DNA of 64,000 nt from Patescibacteria group bacterium. GTDB lineage: Bacteria > Patescibacteriota > Minisyncoccia > Phycocordibacterales > UBA918. Made by a program: the position numbers and the translations under genes. The notes below the pieces were generated by a model, which ran no database searches, had not been told where the DNA came from, and saw only the letters and a list, made by a program, of their open reading frames with translations. Below, one piece after another: positions 57,608 through 64,000 of the stretch; the first letter of the stretch is position 1; each line of letters starts with the position of its first letter. The DNA lies in NCBI GenBank assembly GCA_019752815.1, contig JAIELQ010000005.1, positions 49,625-113,624 on the forward strand, written 5' to 3'.

Positions 57608-58669
57608 TTACAGTGGCAGCGCAAAATGTACCACGACGTAGACTTTGCCATTCTCGACACTCACTCCAACTCCTTGATGGGTAAACGTAGGGGATAGAAT
57701 GTTTTTGCGGTGACCGGCACTCTTTTGCCACTGGGTCATAAAGAAGTTGGCGACATATTCGGCAGTTGGTCGGTCGTCGTATTCCATCATGGCGAGATTC
57801 TCGCCCCATGAACTAGCTGCATATCCTGACTCATCAAACCGGCAGGTGAGATCACACCCATTTCTATCAATGTGGGCGAGGTAATTGCCAGAGAGTAACC
57901 GGCCACTGTATTTTTGAGCGCTCGCCGCTAAATCTGAATCTGATTGGTAGATTGGGAGCGACTCGCGCTGACGCAGTTTTTTAGTAGCCTCAGTAATAAG
58001 GGCGGTAACTTCCACCCCAAAGGCACTGTCAGTTTGGAGGGTGGTTGGTTGTGGGGTCGCTGCAAGTGGTACAGGGGTAGTTGGTTTTGTAACTTGTGCT
58101 CCCGCTACCGTTTGTTTGGGGATAGTTGTTTTAGAGATAGGTGACGTGGGGTTATCTTTAGTAATGCGTATCGTCGCAGTGTTTTCAGTTGCAGTTTCAA
58201 GCGTAACGGTATAGGCACCAATTGTTTGTGGCTCCATGCGGGATGTTCCGAGTGAGAGCTGGGATATTGTGTCGGTAAAATCACCACCGGTAAAAGTAAA
58301 TTGTGGTGACAGTTCACCGGCCCAAATACACTGCACGTCAGGTTTACACCGCGAATCGTTAATCGTGGTTAAGGTAACTACGAGGCCGTCAGGGTAGGTA
58401 ACTGTTTCTGCAAGAGTGAATGTGTGTGCAGTATCAAAATTAATTACGACCGTAGGGGATGGTTCTGCGGGAGTGTTCACTACGGGTACCGGTGGTGTAG
58501 GCGATGGTACGGTGCAGTCAGGCTGACCGACAGTACCACACGCAGGTGTGGTATAGGTGGTTAGTATCGTTGTAGCAGGCGTCGAGGAAGTAAAAAATAA
58601 CGTGGCGACCAAGCTGCCACTTATCAATCCCAGTAATAGGGCAGTAGTACAAATAATCGCCTTATGCAT
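57608..58669 (-). CDS. Secreted protein with a C-terminal CAP/SCP/PR-1 domain
   Basis: Signal peptide or TM helix. Thr/Pro-rich linker. C-terminal ..WQKSAGHRKNILSPTFTHQGVGV..GKVYVVVHFA matches the CAP-domain signature. Confidence 0.7.
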   Translation of the reverse strand: MHKAIICTTALLLGLISGSLVATLFFTSSTPATTILTTYTTPACGTVGQPDCTVPSPTPPVPVVNTPAEPSPTVVINFDTAHTFTLAETVTYPDGLVVTLTTINDSRCKPDVQCIWAGELSPQFTFTGGDFTDTISQLSLGTSRMEPQTIGAYTVTLETATENTATIRITKDNPTSPISKTTIPKQTVAGAQVTKPTTPVPLAATPQPTTLQTDSAFGVEVTALITEATKKLRQRESLPIYQSDSDLAASAQKYSGRLLSGNYLAHIDRNGCDLTCRFDESGYAASSWGENLAMMEYDDRPTAEYVANFFMTQWQKSAGHRKNILSPTFTHQGVGVSVENGKVYVVVHFALPL

Positions 58670-58763
58670 TCGTCTATTCTACCATTAATACGGATTAGGT
58701 ACTGGTATCGTCAATAGCAAAAACCCCTCCATAGGGGTTTTTTGTACATTTGCTAATGGGTAA

Positions 58764-59240
58764 TTACTCCAATACCTTGATGTAGAATCCGGCACTCCCA
58801 TAGAGGGTATAGGTACCGTCACTGTTGTCTTGGGCGTAGACCTCGACTGCTTTACCAATATAATTTTCTAAATCACCAAATCCCTCCACGCCAATGACAC
58901 TCCCAACTTCGGCTTGGTTAAATCCAAACAGGGTCGTGACTTTTTTTCCATCAACCTCAACAAAACACTCCCCGTCAGAGAAACATCTGGTATCTACCTT
59001 GGTCAGGGTACCGGTAAATGTATCAGCCTTAAGTTTGCCTGGGGTGGTTGTCACTGAAGTAACGGTGGTTGTCGAGTTAGTAGTAATAACGGCTCCGTTG
59101 TCAATTGTATCAGTTTCTTCAGTCATGGGGTCTTCGGTGGTCGCAGTGGTAGGGGCAGACATTTCTTTTGGTTTGCCAAGCAACACTATGAGTCCCAAGA
59201 CAACGATGATCAAAGCTCCTAAAATTAAAATGTTTTTCAT
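58764..59240 (-). CDS. Small membrane-anchored or secreted hypothetical protein
   Basis: N-terminal TM helix ILILGALIIVVLGLIVLL. Thr-rich. 158 aa. Confidence 0.5.
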   Translation of the reverse strand: MKNILILGALIIVVLGLIVLLGKPKEMSAPTTATTEDPMTEETDTIDNGAVITTNSTTTVTSVTTTPGKLKADTFTGTLTKVDTRCFSDGECFVEVDGKKVTTLFGFNQAEVGSVIGVEGFGDLENYIGKAVEVYAQDNSDGTYTLYGSAGFYIKVLE

Positions 59241-59324
59241 ACCCTTATATTATCCCACGGTTTGTATAACCTGACTACCAAAAACCGCATAGGAAAAGGC
59301 GCCACCGGTTGGGGCGCCTTTTAG

Positions 59325-59816
59325 TTATTGTTGCGCTGTGGCAATTTCAAGCCAGCGTTCATGACGATGACGATACAGACTATCTGCAATGCGGGCCACA
59401 ATACCCGTCGCCCAGCCAGCTTCAAGCAAAATGGTATCGGTGTACATGCAAAAATCGCAGCCTGGCACTGGTTCAATTTTCATCACGTGATGCCAGTACT
59501 CAACGACACCGCCCGACTCAACTGTTTCGATGAAGAGTTGATTATGATCAACTTTGATGACTTCGACTAGGTGCCTGCCTTCAGGCAGTAGTGACCACGG
59601 TAGCTTTAGGAACTTTGGTCTGATATCTACTTTGGTGCCTACTTCCCATTCTTCGGGGAGCTCTCCATGGTAGGTGACGAAACCTTTAGCAACATCACGC
59701 AACGTTTGGGTTTTTTTAAGCAGCTCCCACATGTCTACGGTCGCAAGTGGCAGCAAGCTGGAATAGTTGAGTTCAACTGAATGTTTTGTCGTGAGTTTTG
59801 TTGCAGAAGACAGCAT
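59325..59816 (-). CDS. SRPBCC (START/Bet v1-like) superfamily protein
   Basis: ORF 59325..59942. The likely start is the Met at 59816, preceded by GGAG. Beta-grip pattern similar to the polyketide_cyc2/COQ10-like fold. Confidence 0.5.
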   Translation of the reverse strand: MLSSATKLTTKHSVELNYSSLLPLATVDMWELLKKTQTLRDVAKGFVTYHGELPEEWEVGTKVDIRPKFLKLPWSLLPEGRHLVEVIKVDHNQLFIETVESGGVVEYWHHVMKIEPVPGCDFCMYTDTILLEAGWATGIVARIADSLYRHRHERWLEIATAQQ

Positions 59817-59952
59817 CGTTTTCTCCAGATCTTTGAACGGACTAACAATAAATATACAACAAATATTTAAAATGTAAATAGCGGGTAAATCTAAAGAAAG
59901 ACCCAGTTCCTTTATGCGATCAGAAAAATTGGTATGGTACACTCATACCAAT

Positions 59953-60660
59953 ATGAACAAGACAGTAACGATATTCACCGATGGTGCCGCCAAGGGTAAT
60001 CCCGGCCGAGGCGGGTATGGAGTAGTAATTTCAGATGGTGAGACCATAACTGAACTCGGTGGACACAAAGCTCGTACCACCAACAACGAAATGGAACTTA
60101 AAGCTGTCGTAGAGGCATTGACGTTCATGAGTGGAAAAACAAATGCAGCATCGATTTACACTGACTCAAAATATGTAGTTGAGGGAGCAACGGGTTGGAT
60201 ATTTGGGTGGATGAATAACGGTTGGCAGACCAAAGCCAAAACTGATGTTATAAACAAAGAATTGTGGCAGGATCTCGCAAAACTCCTAAAACAGGTAACA
60301 GTAGATTGGCACAAAGTCCCCGGTCACGTGGGTATCATTGGTAACGAACGAGCCGACGTGATTGCGTCAACTTTTGCCTCAGCGGGCACGTTCGAACTGT
60401 ATGCCGGTCCAAAAAGCACCTATGGCCACGCTATCGAAAACACACAGTATGATGAATCAAAAGCCAAAGACAGAAGTGACGCCCGCAAACGCTCTGCCCA
60501 AAAAGCCTACTCGTATGTCAGTGCCGTAGATGGGGTGGTAAAAATCCACCAAACCTGGGCCGAATGCGAAGCGAGGGTGAAGGGGAAGAGTGGTGTCCGG
60601 TTCAAGAAGTCTCTCGATGCCGGGAATGAGAGAGAAATTGTGAAGGAGTTTGGCGGGTAG
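59953..60660 (+). CDS. rnhA: Ribonuclease HI with a C-terminal RNA-DNA hybrid-binding domain
   Basis: VTIFTDGAAKGNPGRGGYGVVI, ..NNEMELKAV.. and HKVPGHVGIIGNERADVIAS carry the catalytic DEDD residues. The C-terminus KAYSYVSAVDGVVKIHQTWAECEARVKGKSGVRFKKSLDAGNE resembles a Cauli_VI/HBD domain. Confidence 0.85.
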   Translation: MNKTVTIFTDGAAKGNPGRGGYGVVISDGETITELGGHKARTTNNEMELKAVVEALTFMSGKTNAASIYTDSKYVVEGATGWIFGWMNNGWQTKAKTDVINKELWQDLAKLLKQVTVDWHKVPGHVGIIGNERADVIASTFASAGTFELYAGPKSTYGHAIENTQYDESKAKDRSDARKRSAQKAYSYVSAVDGVVKIHQTWAECEARVKGKSGVRFKKSLDAGNEREIVKEFGG

Positions 60661-60745
60661 ATGTATTGAAAAGAAAACCCGTCTACCATTTGTTGCTTGA
60701 AGTTGATTATCGTGTTATAATTTAGGTCGAATTGAAATGTAAGGA

Positions 60746-61072
60746 GTGGCCATGCCGAAACGAGATCGTATGCTCGGACCTGTGCAGATAGTATTGCTGC
60801 ACCTGATTGATACGAATGTGTCGAGATATGGTCAGGCACTTCGTGACAGTGTCGCTGTCTTATTTGGAGAGCACATCTCGGTTGCTCAAGTGTACATTGC
60901 TCTTAATAGGCTTCAAGAGCGTGGATTGGTTATTGAGGGAATGTCAGAACCGACTAAACGAAAAGGGCAACCAAGAAAAATGTACCTAATTTCTCCCGAG
61001 GGCGTAGAGGCCCTCGATGTGTATCGAAAAGTTGCAGCCCATATTTTGGCAGTTAATGAGTCAGCGCGCTAG
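60746..61072 (+). CDS. PadR-family transcriptional regulator
   Basis: 108 aa. ILLHLIDTNVSRYGQALRDSV..RKMYLISPEG winged HTH. Confidence 0.75.
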   Translation: MAMPKRDRMLGPVQIVLLHLIDTNVSRYGQALRDSVAVLFGEHISVAQVYIALNRLQERGLVIEGMSEPTKRKGQPRKMYLISPEGVEALDVYRKVAAHILAVNESAR

Positions 61073-61224
61073 CGCTGATTTTTTTATGCTCAAAGTTTAA
61101 TAAAATTAAAGCCTATTTGTGACCGTTGTGTCACATATACGGCGAACCCATACACAGTTGAGCTGGTTACTATTTTTTCACAACCAGTTTATACTATGCA
61201 CCTTATTACCTAATCTAATCGCCT

Positions 61225-61878
61225 ATGAAAAAACTCATCCTACTCACCAGTATTGCCGTGTTTATCCTAACTGGATTTTATCTGTTTGCTACTAGAAATA
61301 GTGAAGAGGTATCTTCACCAGATACTGAAATTACCTACTATGAAGACGGCACTCCAGTAGTCTATTGCGACGAAAATGGAAACCGCTACAACACAGTTGC
61401 CGAGGCAAAAGCCGCCGGTTTAACTGAGGCTCAATATGGCGCAACATACTGTCCTGAAAATACAGAACCCGTGAGTGCCGATTACGTCGGTATGACGGTA
61501 GTAGAAGCGCAAGCCAAAGCCGATGCAGATGGAGTTCCATTCAGAGTGGTGATAGAAGATGGACAGCCACAACCAATTACCAAAGATATTCGTGAAGGAC
61601 GGATTAATGCCACGGTCGCAAATGGAGTGGTTACTGAATACTCTGTAGAATCAATGACACCACCAGTTGAAGAAACAAATGTCCCTGCCAGTACTACTGT
61701 GAGTACCATCATCGGCATGACAACAGCCGAGGCCGAAGCCTACGCCACAACCCAAAACGTGCCCTTCCGAGTGGTAATGCGAGACGGTGAATCACTACCA
61801 GTCACCATGGATCTAAGACCAGGCAGAATCAACGCCGTGGTAGAAGCTGGATTGGTGGTTTCGTATACGATTGAGTAG
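61225..61878 (+). CDS. Secreted protein with two tandem peptidase-inhibitor-I78-like repeats
   Basis: Signal peptide or TM helix. Two repeats, VGMTVVEAQAKADADGVPFRVVIEDGQPQPITKDIREGRINATVANGVV and IGMTTAEAEAYATTQNVPFRVVMRDGESLPVTMDLRPGRINAVVEAGLVV. Confidence 0.6.
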   Translation: MKKLILLTSIAVFILTGFYLFATRNSEEVSSPDTEITYYEDGTPVVYCDENGNRYNTVAEAKAAGLTEAQYGATYCPENTEPVSADYVGMTVVEAQAKADADGVPFRVVIEDGQPQPITKDIREGRINATVANGVVTEYSVESMTPPVEETNVPASTTVSTIIGMTTAEAEAYATTQNVPFRVVMRDGESLPVTMDLRPGRINAVVEAGLVVSYTIE

Positions 61879-61987
61879 GGAGGGGTGGGTGGTTTGTGAC
61901 CCGCATCGTGATGAGGTAAAAAAATCATTACCTGGTAAGGCTTTTGTGGATTCTGAAAGTAAAACGTTCTTGCCCCTTCGTGATAGT

Positions 61988-62842
61988 CTATTTCTTGTAT
62001 CTATTTAGTAAGTATAGAATTTGATTAAGTTCTAGCCAAAGGTACACATACTCTTTCTCAGTAAATTTCTTTGGTTGACCCCCTTGCTCATGGTGAATAT
62101 TTGATACCACGTATCCGATGCGATTTTCAAAATCTGGGTGTTCACCATCAAAGAGAATGTTCGAGATTTGCTTCTTGTTACTTAGCTTAGGAAACGAACC
62201 ATCTTCCTTGGCGTAAAGTCTTTCGAGTGTATTTTCTACGATTCTCTTTAGCTTATCTAGAGATTGATTGTAAAAAAGATTCTTATTTGATTGACCATCA
62301 TGTCTGAAGGCTAAAAATTCTGCGACACACTCTTCGTAGCGTAATTTGTTAGCGCTATCGGTATCAAGGTCAGAAGTGTTTTGATTAATAACTTCAGCTG
62401 TTACAACATCAAGTTTTCTTTTAAATAATCTATCTTTATTGTCATAGTAAAAGTCTAGATCAAAAACCTCAGCATCGTTAGTGCTAATAACTAATTCAAT
62501 AAAATCTAAAAGTGTTTCGCTGAGTTTATTGTTTATGTTATCAAGTTCATATTGCTGTCGCTGAAAAAGATTTAATACTTCTGGAATTATTTCATTCAAA
62601 AATGAGACGAATCCCTCTTGGTCTTCCCTTAAAATATAAGAACTCTCCAAAAAACTGATCAATCCAAGATGATTGCGACTATATTCACTGTATCGATATT
62701 GCTTACCGATTTTTTCAGGTAGGATGTGAAGCAGAGTATTGTTTATGTATGCATTTTTTAGTACATGGTTTGCAGCGTCAAAAAATGTACTATAGCTATG
62801 TGAAAATTTTTTTAAATTTAAATTAGGAAATTTATTGTTCAT
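61988..62842 (-). CDS. Hypothetical protein (AT-rich orphan gene beside tRNA-Glu)
   Basis: ORF 61988..62890 overlaps the tRNA. The likely start is the Met at 62842 (MNNKFPNLNLKK). Asn/Lys/Tyr-rich, low GC. No domain recognised. Confidence 0.5.
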   Translation of the reverse strand: MNNKFPNLNLKKFSHSYSTFFDAANHVLKNAYINNTLLHILPEKIGKQYRYSEYSRNHLGLISFLESSYILREDQEGFVSFLNEIIPEVLNLFQRQQYELDNINNKLSETLLDFIELVISTNDAEVFDLDFYYDNKDRLFKRKLDVVTAEVINQNTSDLDTDSANKLRYEECVAEFLAFRHDGQSNKNLFYNQSLDKLKRIVENTLERLYAKEDGSFPKLSNKKQISNILFDGEHPDFENRIGYVVSNIHHEQGGQPKKFTEKEYVYLWLELNQILYLLNRYKK

Positions 62843-62871
62843 GATAATGCTCCTTGGTGTTTGAACCAACG

Positions 62872-62943
62872 CTCTCTTTTGTGACCTCACGGGGAATCGA
62901 ACCCCGATTGCAGGAATGAGAATCCTGCGTCCTAGCCGTTAGA
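62872..62943 (-). tRNA. tRNA-Glu(CUC)
   Basis: Minus strand reads GGCCUCA-UC-GUCU-AACGGCUAG-GAC-G-CAGGA-UUCUCAU-UCCUG-CAAU-CGGGG-UUCGAUU-CCCCG-UGAGGUC-A. D arm and acceptor are like bacterial tRNA-Glu. Anticodon CUC. Confidence 0.8.
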
Positions 62944-63166
62944 CGATGAGGCCGTCTGTTGTTTCTTCAATTGGGTGTCAGTATAGTAGCAAACTTATAT
63001 ATAAATTACCAAGTAAAAAGTCAGTATTTATATCTTAGTAGTAAGTGCCAGTCGTTATTGGTGTAGGGAAGTTACAATGTTGATTCATTGACAAAAATGA
63101 CAATAAATGCATAATTCCTCTTGGACTTTAGACGTTACTCCTCACTCAAACAAACGAGGAATATAG

Positions 63167-63643
63167 ATGAAACTGACAGCCAGCCAAGTTTGGGAGGTCG
63201 CTCTCGCAGATCCCAAGTTCGCCGCCAAAATTCCCGAGGGCAGCCCGCAACGCGATGTTATCCGTCCCTTTGTCGAAGGGTCGGTCGAGGTACTTGCTGA
63301 CCAACTTGAGACAGTTGTTTCATTGCAGACAATTGCCGATGCGAAGATGAAATTTCTCCGCTACTGTGTCGACAATGGTCTCGGCAAAGCCATGGGCGAC
63401 GCGACCGGTATGGGCGGGACAATGCTCGATGGGATGCTTGAGCAACTCATCGAAATGCTTGAACCCATTGTCGCAGACTCCATTACGTTTCTCGAAGAAA
63501 ATGGCGTGACCGAAGAGCAGGTGATGCTCAGTTCGCAGATGGGTTTGAATCCTGACAACCAAGAGAAGTGGCGCGCAGGAACGCTGACCATCGGTGAGCT
63601 GCTTTTGACGCAGCCTTCAGATATTCTGCTGACCGACAACTGA
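63167..63643 (+). CDS. Hypothetical protein (higher-GC segment)
   Basis: 158-aa acidic ORF followed by a strong terminator. GC is higher than the window average. Confidence 0.5.
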   Translation: MKLTASQVWEVALADPKFAAKIPEGSPQRDVIRPFVEGSVEVLADQLETVVSLQTIADAKMKFLRYCVDNGLGKAMGDATGMGGTMLDGMLEQLIEMLEPIVADSITFLEENGVTEEQVMLSSQMGLNPDNQEKWRAGTLTIGELLLTQPSDILLTDN

Positions 63644-63648
63644 CAATC

Positions 63649-63688
63649 GACTGCGCGCACCCAACGGGATGTGCGCAGTTTTTTTATG
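63649..63688 (+). terminator. Rho-independent terminator
   Basis: CTGCGCGCAC-CCAACGGGA-TGTGCGCAG followed by TTTTTTT. Confidence 0.75.
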
Positions 63689-63818
63689 TTTTAAATAACT
63701 TTGTTAAAACAAAAAGACGGTCCGGGGACCGCCTTTCTTTTTATTTCCCGCGGCCGATTCTGATCGGATTGCGGGTGATGGTGGACTGGGTTTGGTCACA
63801 GTGACGCATGGCGGCTTC

Positions 63819-64000
63819 TCAGTGGATGATGAATTCGCCTGTGACATTGCGCCACTCACCGGGGCGGATGAGTTTGCGGTGGGTGAACTCAACCGAGTGT
63901 AATGGACCGTCGATTTCACGTTGCCAGAACTCGATGAATCCAAAGAGCTTGGGGTAGTCAGGAGCTATATCGTACTGCTGCCAAATAAATTCACTCAGCA
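63819..64000 (-). CDS. Hypothetical protein, C-terminal fragment (5' end beyond the window)
   Basis: Open frame on the minus strand ending ...EFWQREIDGPLHSVEFTHRKLIRPGEWRNVTGEFIIH then a stop at 63819..63821. The minus-strand terminator at 63712..63745 follows. Confidence 0.45.
   Translation of the reverse strand, partial: LSEFIWQQYDIAPDYPKLFGFIEFWQREIDGPLHSVEFTHRKLIRPGEWRNVTGEFIIH

Overview
This 64 kb window looks like chromosome from a small-genome, Gram-positive-type or CPR-like bacterium, possibly Saccharibacteria-like; that lineage call is inference from gene content only. Most genes are on the + strand and GC is roughly 45 percent. The conserved backbone is: the F1Fo ATP synthase operon (atpB-E-F-H-A-G-[extra ORF]-D-C); mutM/nei; an ECF sigma factor; fasciclin-domain proteins; hpf; def-fmt; priA; an HTH-XRE::MurA fusion; two mreB paralogs with mreC-mreD-pbp2; frr; rseP; a short proS; greA; lysS; a dcw cluster (mraZ-rsmH-ftsL-ftsI-murF); a long rnhA with a hybrid-binding domain; and a PadR regulator. 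The accessory and unusual content is as follows. (1) A tRNA-Asn(GUU) on the minus strand is interrupted in its anticodon loop by a 261-nt group I intron; the R and S core elements are recognisable. (2) Upstream of the 3' end of that tRNA lies a mosaic island of about 7 kb (13.5-20.4 kb). It carries three degenerate 23-nt copies of the tRNA 3' end and two cassette-like units, each bounded by an 80-nt direct repeat. GC composition jumps within it. Cargo includes giant surface proteins, a polyanionic protein and a phage Mu Gam-like protein. No integrase is present. (3) A previously unnoticed family of about 85-nt structured intergenic repeats occurs in six copies, always shortly after a + strand stop codon, with compensatory changes in an internal hairpin. 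(4) A candidate undescribed gene cluster (31.2-39.6 kb) is centred on an FtsK/HerA/TraG-superfamily P-loop ATPase, with a secreted ClpP-like peptidase, a 918-aa coiled-coil protein and a Pro/Val-rich 587-aa protein. There is also a tRNA-Glu(CUC) with an AT-rich orphan gene beside it, a candidate ncRNA between greA and lysS, and a proteasome/HslV-like Ntn hydrolase.
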